Under the pieces are notes generated by a model that saw only the letters and a program-made list of their open reading frames with translations, ran no database searches and was not told where the DNA came from. Positions 29,166 to 40,050 of a stretch of 64,000 nt of DNA are shown one piece after another (position 1 is the stretch's first letter; each line of letters opens with the position of its first letter). The DNA lies in assembly GCA_965248445.1 (NCBI GenBank), contig CBDFJG010000003.1:1088001-1152000 (forward strand), written 5' to 3'. Position numbers and translations under genes: made by a program. Source of the DNA: Planctomycetota bacterium (GTDB taxonomy: Bacteria; Planctomycetota; JAJSAM01; JAJVHW01).

Positions 29166-31030
29166 ATGCGCTCCAAGCCCTTCCTCGTCATCGGTCTGAT
29201 AATCGAGGCCATCAGTGTCGCATCGACATTGGTCAGTGGTTGGGCGGTGCACGAGTCGACGACGAAGCGCGACCAGCTGCAGTTCGAGCGTGAGGTCGAT
29301 CGTGGCATGTCGGCTGCGCGAGCACGGCTGAACGAGTACGAGTACGCGCTACACGCTGCGAAGGGCCTATTCGCGGCGAGCGAAGATGTGACACGTGACG
29401 ATTGGCGCAGCTTCGTGGACGAGCTGGACCCCGAGACCCGCTATCCGGGAGTGCTTGGCTTCGGGTTCATCCGTCGCACGAGCCCGGATGCCGTCGATGA
29501 CTTGGTGGAACGTGCCGCGAGCTCGGGTCTGTCGGAACTCAGGATCACGACGCTCGGAGAAGTCCCGCCGGGCGACCGCTTCATCATCGACTACATCGAG
29601 CCGCTCGCCCTGAATCGCCCAGCTGCGGGTCTCGACATCGGCAGCAACGCGGTGCGTCGCGAGGCAGCCTTGGCGGCGATGCTCACCGGGCGCGCGACGA
29701 TCACGAACCGCATCACCCTCGTGCAGGACGACGAGAAGCTAGCCGGGTTCCTCATGCTCGTGCCGGTGTACGAGGGAGGTCGCGTGCCGGGGACTGAGCA
29801 GCAACGTCGCGACCGTTGCATCGGCTGGACGTATGCGCCGTTCGTTGCGAAGACGACGATGATCGGCGTCCCGTCACTCGCCGGAGTTGGCGTGACTCTC
29901 TCGATCTACGACGGCGAACGTGATCCGACGCATGCGATATACCGTGATAGCGCGGCGGTTGTGGGCGATCTCGCCTTGGAGCGCAAGGTCGGGGTCGCGG
30001 GGAAGACCTGGCTGTTCTCGTGGAACACGACCGCGGAACACACTTCGCGCACGGGGGACGACGGGTCCTGGTGGATCATTGCGCTCGGCCTCATCACGAG
30101 CATGGGCCTGCTCGTGGTGATGCTGCTGCTCCATCGCGCGAATAATCGAGCACTCGACGCCGCAGCGTCGGCGTCACGAGCTAAGTCCGACTTCTTGGCG
30201 GTCATGAGCCATGAGATCCGTACGCCTCTAAATGGGGTGATCGGAGCGGCCGAGTTGCTCGCCAGCGAGCCGCTCGATCCGGCCGCCATGGAATTGGCGC
30301 AGGCGCTCAACAGGTCGTCGCGTGGTCTGCTCGCGCTGGTCAACGACGTACTCGACTACTCGCGCGTCGAGGCCGGATGTCTCGACCTCGAGTTGGCGCC
30401 GTTCCGACCGAGTGCTCAGGTGCGGGAGTCGGTTGATCTGTTCCGACAGGCGGCCGCTTCGAAGGGCGTGGAACTCGACCTAGAGATTGAAGATGATGCG
30501 CCGGCGTTCATCGGCGACTCGCTGCGCTTCCGTCAGATTGCGTTGAACCTGATCAGTAACGCCGTGAAGTTCACCTCACAAGGCACCGTAGGAGTCAAGC
30601 TGAGCAGCGGACGCGAAGGCATCGAACTCGTGGTCTCCGACACCGGAGTCGGCATGGATGAGCAGGCGATGCACGGGTTGTTCGACGCATTCAGCCAGGC
30701 GGAGAGTTCGACGAGCCGGCGATTTGGAGGTAGCGGACTCGGGCTGTGGATCGTGAAGCATCTGGTTGGGCTGATGGGTGGCGACATTCGCGTTGAGAGC
30801 GAGCTCACGTATGGGACGCGGTTCCATGTGGCGATCCCACTCGACATCGCCGAATCCACGCCGGCAGTGTCGACACCCGATGGCGCGGAACCGCTCGTCC
30901 ACGCGCTGCACGTCTTGATCGCGGAGGACAACGAGATCAACCGACTGGTCGCAGGGAATATGCTCGATCGTCTCGGCTGCACGTGGGAGATGGTCGAGGA
31001 TGGCGCGCAGGCCGTCGCCGCCGCGAGCAC
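29166..31030 (+). pseudogene. CHASE-domain hybrid histidine kinase with truncated receiver domain
   Basis: CHASE (YIEP..NRPAAGLD), H-box FLAVMSHEIRTPLNG, N/G boxes. The receiver starts ([10 protein letters not shown]) but breaks before the phospho-Asp. Confidence 0.88.
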
Positions 31031-31229
31031 GGGGGAGACGCTACGGGGACTGGCAGCCGTCCGCCGGGCCCATGTCCCGTGCCCGGCTGTCGCCACCGGC
31101 GTCCCGGGCGCTGATCGGCGGGTCCGCGTGAGGTTCGACAAGCCGGTGACGGCGCCCGCCCCGGGGCAGGCTCTCGTCCTTTACGACGAGTCCGGGCGCG
31201 TGCTCGGCGGCGGCTGGATCGCCTCCTGA
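31031..31229 (+). pseudogene. mnmA: C-terminal fragment of tRNA 2-thiouridylase, fused in frame to the kinase
   Basis: [30 protein letters not shown] is the MnmA C-terminal signature. Confidence 0.8.
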
Positions 31230-31311
31230 CGCTCGAAGCGTCAGGTTGGGCGGACAGGAAGGGGCTTCCGCCCCAACCGCGTCGCCGGCGTCAGCCGGCG
31301 AGCCAGACAAC

Positions 31312-31346
31312 AAGGGGTGCGCGGCGCCCGGCGCCACACACCCCTT
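31312..31346 (-). terminator. Probable intrinsic terminator downstream of HU
   Basis: About 16-bp stem AAGGGGTGTGTGGCGC / GCGCCGCGCACCCCTT. Its two G-U pairs form only on the minus strand. Followed by GTTGTC. Confidence 0.55.
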
Positions 31347-31434
31347 CGCTGTGTTCAACGAGGCGGCGGCGCCGCCTCGCGAAGTCCTTGAGAACTCGAC
31401 GAGGCGGCCCCGCCGCCGCCTCGCAGACGCTCCC

Positions 31435-31782
31435 TTAGAGGGATTCCTTGAGCGGCTTGCCGGCCTTGAAGCCGACCGACTTGCTCGCCTTCACCTTGAT
31501 CGCGGCGCCCGTCTGAGGGTTGCGACCCATGCGTGCGGCGCGCCGGCGAACGCTGAAGGCGCCGAATCCGACGATGGAGACCTTCTTGTTCTTCTTGAGG
31601 CCGCGCTGGATGCCGTCAAGGACGGCGGCGATGGCGCGGTCAGCGCCGGCCTTGCTCTCGTCCAGTTCCTTCGCCACGTAGTCGATCAGAGATGCGCGGT
31701 TCATCGCGGTCCCGCTCGACGACGCCTTCTTCGAACTCTTGCGCGTGGACTTCCTCTTCGATGCTCTCTTGCGTGCTGCCAT
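31435..31782 (-). CDS. hup: HU family DNA-binding protein with basic N-terminal extension
   Basis: MNRASLI..VSIVGFGAFSVRRRAARMGRNPQTG.IKVKA..FKAGK. ATG at 31782 follows GGAGG. Confidence 0.93.
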   Translation of the reverse strand: MAARKRASKRKSTRKSSKKASSSGTAMNRASLIDYVAKELDESKAGADRAIAAVLDGIQRGLKKNKKVSIVGFGAFSVRRRAARMGRNPQTGAAIKVKASKSVGFKAGKPLKESL

Positions 31783-31940
31783 CTGGCGTGTTCCTCCGGG
31801 ACAGATGTCCCCGCTTGACCTTGCCTGCTGCGGATCCAACGTGTCTCCGCTGCGAGCGGCGCACTGTAGGCAGGCCGCCGCGGGCCGGGAAGCAAATCCA
31901 GCGGAGCCCTTGAAATACCTGCATCTCACGGCGATCAGGT

Positions 31941-34379
31941 GTGGCTCTGATGACGCCGAACCTCCGACCCCGCGATGCGTTCAAATACTCTGTCGTGTCG
32001 ACTCGCCCGACATCCTCTGCCCTGTTGGTGACATCGCTGCGCGTGTGCGCCGTTGTCGCTGCGGCAACCGCGGTGTTCGCACCAAGCTGCGGTGTTGCAC
32101 TCAACCGCTTCCAGGTCGTGATGGTCGATGTGTCGGGTTCGATGCGCGACCGCGGCGTGGCGGACGCGGTAGCGAACGCGACGCGCGATCTCGACCGCGG
32201 CGAGCGTGTCGTGGCTATTGCGTTCGGCGACGGCGCACGCGCCGGAACACCGAGAAGTATGGGTGCGATCCAGGACGAGAGCTGGTCGGGACTGAACGAA
32301 CTGGCCACGCCGTCGATGCTGCGCGCCACGCGTTATGCCGACGCACTGCGCGCAGCCGCATCCGCCGCGGCAGCAGCGCGCTACGACGAGCGCATGGAGG
32401 CGGTGCTCGTCACGGACGGACGCGCAACGGACGGAGCGGACGGTCATGCGGATGCGGCGTACGCGCTGCGCGCTGCAGGGTGCGCGTCGCTGCGAGTCGA
32501 TCGCGTGCTCCCCGAGTGTCCGGGTTCGCGCGTGCTGCACGTGCGCGGTCCCGGCAGTTCGCGGGCGCTCGATTCGTTCTCGGTCAGCGTGCAGGGCACC
32601 GCAGCGCCGGGCGGCGCCCGCGTCGAACTCGTCGAAGACGCGCGTGTGCTCGCGGTGCGGACAGTCCCAGCAGGCGCGTTCGATGTCCGGTTCCCCGTCG
32701 CCGCGACACAGGTCGGCGAACGTGCCTTCGCAGCGCGGATCGCGGATGGGGACATCGGTGAGGCGCGCGCACACGTGGTCGTTGCCACGCCGTCGCGGGC
32801 GCTCGTCATCGGCGAGCCAACACGGAGCGGCGCTCTCTCGCGCGCGCTCGGCCGAGCGGTCGACATGCGGGACGGGCGCGACGCAGCCGGCGTCGACGCT
32901 GCACTCGCTGCCCACGGTCTGGTCGTTCTCGACGGAGTACCCGCGAGCGAGATCAGTCGTGAAGTGGAGAGCGCGCTCGTCCGCCACGTGCAAGGGGGCG
33001 GCGGACTCCTCGTGCTCGGCGGTCCCGGCGGCTACGCCCTCGGCGGTTGGGGCGGTCGCCCGCTCGATGAACTGGTTCCGTTGCGTTCCATTCCGCCGGA
33101 CGGGCCGGGACTGCTTCTTTACCTCGCGCTCGACGGCAGCGGATCGATGGCGGATCCATGGCCCGGCGGTGGAGGCACCCGCGATCAGGTCGTGCGGGAT
33201 GCAGCGAGGGAGCTCATCCGATCGCTTCCCCGCGGCACGCGCGTCGCGCTGCGCCGCTTCGCAGGGGGGTTGCGACCGAACGAGACGCCCGTTGCACCGC
33301 TCGAGTGGACGGGTGAGCAAGACGAGCACGGCCTGCTCGCCGCGATCGACGCGATCGACGCGCTGGGCGGGCCGAGCGGTGCGACACACCTGCTCCCCGT
33401 GCTGCAGGAGGCGCAGCGGCTCTGTGGCAGGTTCCCGTCCACCCGGGTCCACGCGCTGGTGTTCACGGATGCGCGCACGGCCGAGGAAACCGATGTGCTG
33501 CGTGAGTCCGTGTCGGCGATCGTCAGGGCGGGCGGGAGCGCGACGGTCGTGGCGCCCGCGGACGATGCCGTCGCAGGCGTGCGCGTCGCAGTGTTCGCGG
33601 GCGGCGGGTCGTTCCGCACGGTGTCCGAGGCACCGGAGGTGGCGCGCGCGTTCCTGTCGAGCGCCGCGGAAGCGCAGGTTGTGAGCCCGCTCCTCGAGCG
33701 GCGCCGTCCGCGTCTGACCGAGGGCGCAGAGCAGCGTGTCCCCGGCGCCGAAGACGTTCCCGGGGCGATCCGCATGCACCGCACGTTCGCCACGCCGGAC
33801 TCCGACGTGATCGCCGTGGCGTCGAAGGGCGAACCGGTTGCCGCGGTCGGACGAGCAGGACTCGGTGCCGTCGCGTGCTACGCGAGCCGGGTCGGAGACA
33901 GCGACTGGGCGCGGCAGGGCGATGGCCGTCTTGCGCGCGCGCTCGCGGCCACGGTTGCCGGTGCCGCCCGTGGCGCGTTGCGCGTGGAGCGGGACGGCGG
34001 CGAGCTGTTCGTCGCGGTTTCGCTCCCGGCTCCCCGGGTCGCCGCCGACGCGCTTCGGCTGCGGGTTCGCACGCCGGCCGGTACCTCGGACGTCGAATTG
34101 CGTCCGGCTCCGCATGGTCTCTTGCGGGCGCGCGTCGCGGAGGATGCGTCGTTCGCAACGGTCCTGGACGGCGAGGGCCGGGCAATCGGCAGCGTCGGTC
34201 TGGACGTCCCCGCCGCACCGGAGGCGTTCTTCCCGGACCCGATCGACGTTTCCGGGCTCGCCAGTCTCGTGGGCTCGGGGCCGGCCCGGGGCGGGCGTCC
34301 GCTCGCCCCCTGGTTAGCAGGCCTGGCCGTCCTGCTCTTGGTGGTGGCACACGCCGCCGCTCCGCGCACGGCGGGCTGA
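31941..34379 (+). CDS. Membrane protein with two vWA domains and a glutamine-amidotransferase-like domain
   Basis: MIDAS motifs DVSGSM and DGSGSM, LVTDG, V..GGGLLVLGG, GLGAV, C-terminal TM. Start uncertain. Confidence 0.8.
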   Translation: MALMTPNLRPRDAFKYSVVSTRPTSSALLVTSLRVCAVVAAATAVFAPSCGVALNRFQVVMVDVSGSMRDRGVADAVANATRDLDRGERVVAIAFGDGARAGTPRSMGAIQDESWSGLNELATPSMLRATRYADALRAAASAAAAARYDERMEAVLVTDGRATDGADGHADAAYALRAAGCASLRVDRVLPECPGSRVLHVRGPGSSRALDSFSVSVQGTAAPGGARVELVEDARVLAVRTVPAGAFDVRFPVAATQVGERAFAARIADGDIGEARAHVVVATPSRALVIGEPTRSGALSRALGRAVDMRDGRDAAGVDAALAAHGLVVLDGVPASEISREVESALVRHVQGGGGLLVLGGPGGYALGGWGGRPLDELVPLRSIPPDGPGLLLYLALDGSGSMADPWPGGGGTRDQVVRDAARELIRSLPRGTRVALRRFAGGLRPNETPVAPLEWTGEQDEHGLLAAIDAIDALGGPSGATHLLPVLQEAQRLCGRFPSTRVHALVFTDARTAEETDVLRESVSAIVRAGGSATVVAPADDAVAGVRVAVFAGGGSFRTVSEAPEVARAFLSSAAEAQVVSPLLERRRPRLTEGAEQRVPGAEDVPGAIRMHRTFATPDSDVIAVASKGEPVAAVGRAGLGAVACYASRVGDSDWARQGDGRLARALAATVAGAARGALRVERDGGELFVAVSLPAPRVAADALRLRVRTPAGTSDVELRPAPHGLLRARVAEDASFATVLDGEGRAIGSVGLDVPAAPEAFFPDPIDVSGLASLVGSGPARGGRPLAPWLAGLAVLLLVVAHAAAPRTAG

Positions 34380-34503
34380 CCGCTCAGGCTCGCCCGCCCT
34401 CCGGCGGTTCAAGTCGGTGAAGGGGCGCGCCGATCCATCCCACGGGAGGGGCACGCGCCCTCGCTGTGGAGGAATCCGCGCCCGTCCCGCCGGAGGTCAT
34501 CCC

Positions 34504-35082
34504 ATGCGCCGCTTCGCTCCCGTGTTCCTGTTCCTGACTCTCCTTGCAGTCGCCCCCGCGTGCACGACGACGACGGCCGAACCGGGCATCGCCCAGGGGG
34601 ACGTCGTCCTCGAGGAGGAGATCAAGCGCCGCATCGACGAGATCCCCTACATGCGCGGTGCCGAACTGGTCATGAACCTCGAGCGGCTCGCGCACATCGG
34701 GGAGCCGGCCGTTCCGCGCCTGCGCCAGGCGATGACGTCGACCGACGATCACATGCGGTCGAGCGCGTTGCACGTGTTCGGCCTGATGCATGACCGCCGC
34801 AACATCGACATCGTGCACGCAGGTCTCGCCGACCCCTCGGACGTGGTGCGCTACGAGGCCGCCGCGTCGCTCGTCGAACTCGGCGACTCGCGCGGGTTCG
34901 AGCCGCTCGTGCACGGGCTCGGGGATGAGGATCTGATCGTGCGCTACAAGTGCATCGAGGTACTACGCGGCGCCACGCAGCGCGACTTCGGGTTCGAACA
35001 CGACGCCGACATCGGGACCCGCCGCCTCGCCGTGCGACGGTGGCTCGACTGGCTGGGCGACGTGCAAGCGAGCGGCCTCTGA
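34504..35082 (+). CDS. HEAT-repeat lipoprotein
   Basis: Lipobox VAPAC and HEAT repeats (GLADPSDVVRYEAAASL). GGAGG RBS. Confidence 0.85.
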   Translation: MRRFAPVFLFLTLLAVAPACTTTTAEPGIAQGDVVLEEEIKRRIDEIPYMRGAELVMNLERLAHIGEPAVPRLRQAMTSTDDHMRSSALHVFGLMHDRRNIDIVHAGLADPSDVVRYEAAASLVELGDSRGFEPLVHGLGDEDLIVRYKCIEVLRGATQRDFGFEHDADIGTRRLAVRRWLDWLGDVQASGL

Positions 35083-35145
35083 GACCGTTCGTCGCGGCGG
35101 AGCCTCTTGGTTCCCGGATGTCGCGCTACCGGTTAGCGTCGTGAT

Positions 35146-36219
35146 GTGTCCCACCCGACCGTCCTGATCCTCGCGTGCGCGCTGCTGTCGGCGTGCGGCA
35201 CGGCCGGTTCGCCGCGTGCAGTCACGCGGAACGACGCGTACGGACGCGCGCTCGTCGCGTTCGCGGCCGACGACTGGGACGAGACGATCACCGAGCTCGC
35301 CGATCCGCTTGCACGGGAGCCGTGGGACGTGGAGGCGCACCTGCTGCACCAGGACGCCCTGGCTGCGGCCGGGCGCGGCGACCAGGCGCGCGCTTACTAC
35401 GAAGCGCAGTCTGTCGCCGCTGCTGCGGACGGCGCGCGCGCTCTGCTCGCGGCGCGTGCTATGCCCCGGGAAGGGGACGCTCGCCTCCGGGCGTACCGCG
35501 CGGCGATGGTGCTGGACCCCGACAGCGCCTGGGTGCGTGCCGCCCTGGCGAGCGAGCTCATTGCCGCAGTCAGGGCGCTCGACGTGGAAGCGACGGAGGA
35601 GCGCGATGCCGGATATCCGGAGGATGCGGACGCGCTCGACGCAGACCGGGCTACGACGCTGATCGAGGCGGTGGCACTCGCAGAGGGCGCCGTAACGGCG
35701 GCGCCGGGACTGGGCGCCGCGCACGCGGCGGTGAGTGCTGCGCGGGCCGCACAAGCGCATGCGGACAGCGCGCGGCGGGGCGAGCTCCTCGAGGCGGCGA
35801 TCACCGCGCAGAGGCGCGCCGCGGAACTTTCCGCCGGCGATCCACGACCGTGGGCGGCGCTCGCCGTGCTGCAACGCACCGCAGGCGACGATGCTTCCGC
35901 CGCCGACTCGTACCGGCTCGCGCTGGATCTCGACGAGGGTGACCCGGTGCTGCTCGCAGGGCTCGGACGCACGCTGCTCGACCGCGGAGAGGCCGACGAC
36001 GCGGTCGCCGCGCTGCAACAGGCGTCGATCGCGCTCCCGGACAATCCGTTTCTGCTCCACGACCTCGGCGTGGCCCGCCAACGCACGGGCGATCTGGATG
36101 GGGCGGTCGAAGCGCTCAGGCGTGCGACCGAGATGGCGCCCGATGATCCCCGGCCGCTCCGCGCGCTAGCACTCGTTCTGCGTGAGCGCAGCGGGGAGCC
36201 CGAGCCCCGGAGCGAGTGA
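35146..36219 (+). CDS. TPR-repeat lipoprotein
   Basis: Lipobox LSAC and TPR motifs (YRLALDLD, LGVARQRTGDLDGAVEALRRA). Confidence 0.8.
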   Translation: MSHPTVLILACALLSACGTAGSPRAVTRNDAYGRALVAFAADDWDETITELADPLAREPWDVEAHLLHQDALAAAGRGDQARAYYEAQSVAAAADGARALLAARAMPREGDARLRAYRAAMVLDPDSAWVRAALASELIAAVRALDVEATEERDAGYPEDADALDADRATTLIEAVALAEGAVTAAPGLGAAHAAVSAARAAQAHADSARRGELLEAAITAQRRAAELSAGDPRPWAALAVLQRTAGDDASAADSYRLALDLDEGDPVLLAGLGRTLLDRGEADDAVAALQQASIALPDNPFLLHDLGVARQRTGDLDGAVEALRRATEMAPDDPRPLRALALVLRERSGEPEPRSE

Positions 36220-36340
36220 CCGGCGTTTCCGGGTTGCTGCGTGCCGCGACCGTCCCGCACAATTGTAGCGCGAGACAGCCCACCGCTCCGTCCCCCGGCC
36301 GACACCGGGACGCGTAGGGCCTCTTCCACGGAGAGGAACC

Positions 36341-36919
36341 ATGCTGACGAGACGTGCTTCGAACGAGAGTGGCAGCGGGGGACTGGTGGTGTTCTTCGCC
36401 GTCACGCTGGCGCTCCTCATGGTGCTGATCGCGCTGATGGCGCGCCACCTGGACGCTCAGCGCGCCGAGAAGAGCACGGTTGCGGTCGTCGATCCGCCCG
36501 TGCCCCCGCCGCCCGTGAACATCCGCGGTCCCGACGTGCCCACGACGCCGAAGTTCGGTGCCGTGAGGGTGGACGAGCCGAAGACGCCGCCGAAGAGTCC
36601 ACTGGGCGGGCCCAACGACGTCGAGCGCGCCGAGCGCGCTGATCAGGCGCTCCGCCGCGTCGTGGAGGCCGTTGCGCGTTTCCGTCACATCGTCGGACGC
36701 AACCCCCGCGACCTGTCCGAGCTGGCACGCCCGATCTCCGGACACGCCGATGGGATCCTCGGTGCCGCCGGCGCGCCGGCCGACGGCTGGGACCGGCCGT
36801 TCCAGTACGGAGGGCGCACGGGGTCGACGGGTCCGGTCTGGATCAAGAGCCACGGCGCGGACGGCGCCGAAGGGGGCCTTGGAGTGGACCGTGACCTCGT
36901 GGGCGTCTTCGACGGCTGA
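36341..36919 (+). CDS. Membrane protein with GspG-like (T2SS pseudopilin) C-terminal domain
   Basis: N-terminal TM. DGWDRPFQY..IKSHGADGAEGG.G.D.D matches the T2SSG C-terminal pattern. Confidence 0.7.
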   Translation: MLTRRASNESGSGGLVVFFAVTLALLMVLIALMARHLDAQRAEKSTVAVVDPPVPPPPVNIRGPDVPTTPKFGAVRVDEPKTPPKSPLGGPNDVERAERADQALRRVVEAVARFRHIVGRNPRDLSELARPISGHADGILGAAGAPADGWDRPFQYGGRTGSTGPVWIKSHGADGAEGGLGVDRDLVGVFDG

Positions 36920-37001
36920 GGCCCCCCCGCGGCGGAGGATCGCAGGCACGTCCCGCGGCCGATCGGCCAGGGACCGCGCACGGCGTCGTAGAATCCAGGT
37001 G

Positions 37002-37811
37002 ATGAAACGCACCGGCTTCCTCGTCGCCACCGCCCTCGGTATCGCCATCGGCGGACTGGCTGCGGCTGTCGCCGTGGTCGTCGGTGCGGGCCCCTCGCCG
37101 GCTCCTTCCGCCACCGGCGTGAGGGACGTGCCGGCCATCACGGCCAAGAGCGTGCCAGCCCCTCAGAGGTCGCACCCGGCCGAGGCTCGCTCCGACCCGC
37201 CCGGTTCGCTCGTTGCCCGTTTCGACGACCCCGATCCGGAGGTGCGTCACGCGGTCGCTGTGGAGATGCTCAGGTCCAAGCGCGACGTGCTGGCGCAGGC
37301 GCGTGCGCTCCGTCCGGCGACTCCGGCCGGCCGGGACCTGAGCCACCGGCTCGTGATCGCTCTGCAGACGCTGCGCGCGATACAGCGGTCGAACGACTAC
37401 CCGAAGACCGCACGGCACGACCGCACCGGGGTCTGGTTGAAGTACGCGGAGACGGTCGTGCCCGAGGACTTGCTCCGGGGCGAGCGTCTCGCCTACTGGC
37501 GGCAGAAGGTCGCGTACGACAAGCGCCGCGTTGACACGGGATTCCTGCCCCTGGGCGATCTGGCGCTCTCACGCCTCGAGCTCGCGCGTGTGCGCTTCGA
37601 ACTTGGTGAACTCACCGGCGAGCAGTACGCCGCGGCGCGGGAGCCGCACGTGGGCGCGGTGGCGACGTGGATCGAGGAGATGCGCGGGGATCGTCGCACC
37701 GCGGCGGGCCGCGTGCAGAAGATTGAGCAGCGCTTCGCGCACCTCTCCCCGGACGGGAGGGCTCCGTCGTCGATTGCGCCGCCGCGCGTGCCCGACACGC
37801 CTCGGCGCTGA
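37002..37811 (+). CDS. Hypothetical exported protein
   Basis: MKRTGFL signal/TM segment and one HEAT-like motif (FDDPDPEVRHAVA). Confidence 0.6.
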   Translation: MKRTGFLVATALGIAIGGLAAAVAVVVGAGPSPAPSATGVRDVPAITAKSVPAPQRSHPAEARSDPPGSLVARFDDPDPEVRHAVAVEMLRSKRDVLAQARALRPATPAGRDLSHRLVIALQTLRAIQRSNDYPKTARHDRTGVWLKYAETVVPEDLLRGERLAYWRQKVAYDKRRVDTGFLPLGDLALSRLELARVRFELGELTGEQYAAAREPHVGAVATWIEEMRGDRRTAAGRVQKIEQRFAHLSPDGRAPSSIAPPRVPDTPRR

Positions 37812-37844
37812 CTCGCGGTAGCCGCGCCAGCTGTCGCGGTCCGA

Positions 37845-38116
37845 CTGCAAACGACGCTGCTTGTGTCGTGTGCCCCTTGCGCGCTGGCGCGCTGGCCCGC
37901 GCGCTCGTGTCGCGGTCGTGCGCAAGCTGCCGCCGCGGGGGACACTGTGCGCGCCGGTGGGTGGGGTTGGCCCCGCGGAGGACCCGTGACGCGCTGACCG
38001 TCGAGGCCGGGCAATGACCGCGCAGCATCCCGCTGCGAACGACGTTGTTTACGTCGTTTGCCCACTCGCGCGCTGACGCGCGCGCTCGTGTCGCGGTCGT
38101 GCGCAAGCTGCCGCCG
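37845..38116. repeat. Two ~85-90-bp palindromic direct repeats (REP/MITE-like) between convergent genes
   Basis: Units at ~37845-37935 and ~38033-38116 share CGCGCGCTCGTGTCGCGGTCGTGCGCAAGCTGCCGCCG and an AACGACG..GTCGT hairpin. Confidence 0.8.
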
Positions 38117-38133
38117 ATTAGGCGGCGGCTTGC

Positions 38134-39901
38134 TTACGGAGCGATCTCTAGCACTAGGCCGGACTTGCCGGTGACGACCACGCCGCCGTGGGCGAACGCT
38201 GGGGCGGGGACGAGCGGTGTCTTGCAGTCCAGCAGCCAGACCAGGGTGCCGTCGTCGCGGATGCGGCGCACCACGCCCGACTTCGTGACGCACAGGATGT
38301 CGCCGTCGAGCGAAGCCAGCCGGCCCGCTGCTTCGCCTTCGACCGGCAGAACGCTGCGCGGGTCGCCGGTTGCGCGGTCGAATACGTGGATCTCGCCGGA
38401 CGCGCCGATCCATGCCACGGCGTTCGGCGTCGCCGCCGGACGACCGCCCATCTGGGCGTGAACGTCCCGGCGCCAGAGTTCGCGGCCGCCGGCGAGGTCC
38501 ACTGCGACGATCGCGCGCCGGTGCGTGGCCGTGTAGAGAGTCGTGCCGTGCACCACAGGGGCGTCACACGCCGGCGAACCTGCCAGCGGGATGCGGCGCA
38601 AGACGGAGCCGTTCTGCGCGTTCAGGATCTCGATCTCGCCGGAGGTGGTCAGCAGCACGATCCCGAGAGTGCAGTAGACCGGCTCGCCGGCGAGAACGCC
38701 TACGCTCTTGGACCAGACGGTGGTGCCGTGCTCGTCGATGAGCGAGAGGGTGCCGCTCTGATCCGCGACAAGCACACCGTGGGGGATCGCGAGAAGGTCG
38801 AGGCGGACGCCGTTGCCGACACAGAAGCGTCCGGCTTCCTTGAGAGTTCCGCTCTGGAAGATGAAGCCGATTCCCTCGACCGATGCGACGAAGACGCGGC
38901 CTCCGAACACCGCCGGCGCAGAGGAAAACCCTCCGAGCAGGTCGCTCTCGAAGCCGCCGACGTGCGTACCGTCGCTGCGGGCATACGATCGGACGACGCC
39001 GTCTCGCGCCGCGATGTACGCGTAGGTCGAGTCGACCGCAGCGCGCGACTGGATCGGCGCACCGGCGTCGACCGTCCAACGCACCTTCTTGCTCAGGACG
39101 ACGTCGACGATGCTGCTCGTGTCCTTGCGCGCGCCACGGCGGATCACCTCGGTGTCCTCGTAGCCCGGCGCACGGATGAGGATGCGCGTCTCCCCTTCCG
39201 GCGGATACTCGATCGTGGTGGGGGAGTGGCCTGCAACGTCGCCGCTGTCTCCGACCAGGATCTGCGCCCCGGGCGGCGCGGTGCGGACCGTGAGCGGCAA
39301 CGCGAAACGGTCGCGGAACCCGATCGTCGGGTGGTCGCGCACCAGTGCGGTCAGACCGTAGAAAGCCTGGTCGTGGTTGCCGCTGCTCCGCGCGGGAGGG
39401 CTTCACGTTCAGCCGAGAGGACCGTGCGCAGTTCGTCCCGCGACTTCTGGATGTCCTCCTCGAGGAGCGGCTGCGCGTCGAGGTAGGCCGTCAGGATGTC
39501 GCGCAGCGTCGGCTGCTCGTCGTTCTCGCGGGCGCGGCGGCAGCTGAGGAGGAAGCGCTCCTGAATATCGAGTGCTTCCTCCAGCTGGCCCTTGCGGCGT
39601 AGCTCGATGCCGCTTGTGCGTGCTTTGCGGAAGTCCCCGAACATGTCGATCTTGGCGATGTAGGCGGCGCCCTCCGCGGCGACATCCGCCACGAGCTTCG
39701 CGCTCTCGAGGAACGCCGTGATGTCCTCGGCGGCGACGCGGATCGGTTCTCCGTCGATACCCGCGATCTCCTCGGACAGCGACTTGAGGACGCTGGCAAG
39801 GCTCTCCCAGTCCGCTGCATCGCGGGCGGCGACGACGCCGTTCGCCTCAGTCACCAGGTCGTCGAGCGTCTCCCTGTCCGCGGGCTCCACCTTCAATCGC
39901 C
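38134..39901 (-). pseudogene. PEGA + PQQ-like beta-propeller protein, frameshifted (~39395) and 5'-truncated
   Basis: VRTAPPGAQILV (PEGA) and propeller blades (AVDLAGGRELW). ORFs 39351..39917 and 38134..39342 read through with one indel (EREAL-x-ARSSGNHDQAFYGL). Broken at the 149-bp repeat. Confidence 0.75.
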
Positions 39902-40050
39902 GATCCCCGGCATCCACAATGACTGGATGCGCCGCGTGGTCGCCACGCCCGGCGTCGCAGAGGCGCTCGACAGGGCGGATCCCTCGATCGTGTCCTTGGC
40001 GTACCGCCAGACGCTCGACGCGTCACTCGGCGACAAGCTCGACCTCTTAG
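39902..40050 (+). repeat. 149-bp direct repeat, copy B
   Basis: Identical to 26420-26568. Confidence 0.95.

Noticed and set aside
37845..38125. CRISPR array or integron attC sites
   Set aside because: Only two units, a long spacer and no cas or intI gene. GATTAGGC is not a proper GTTRRRY with a matching RYYYAAC.
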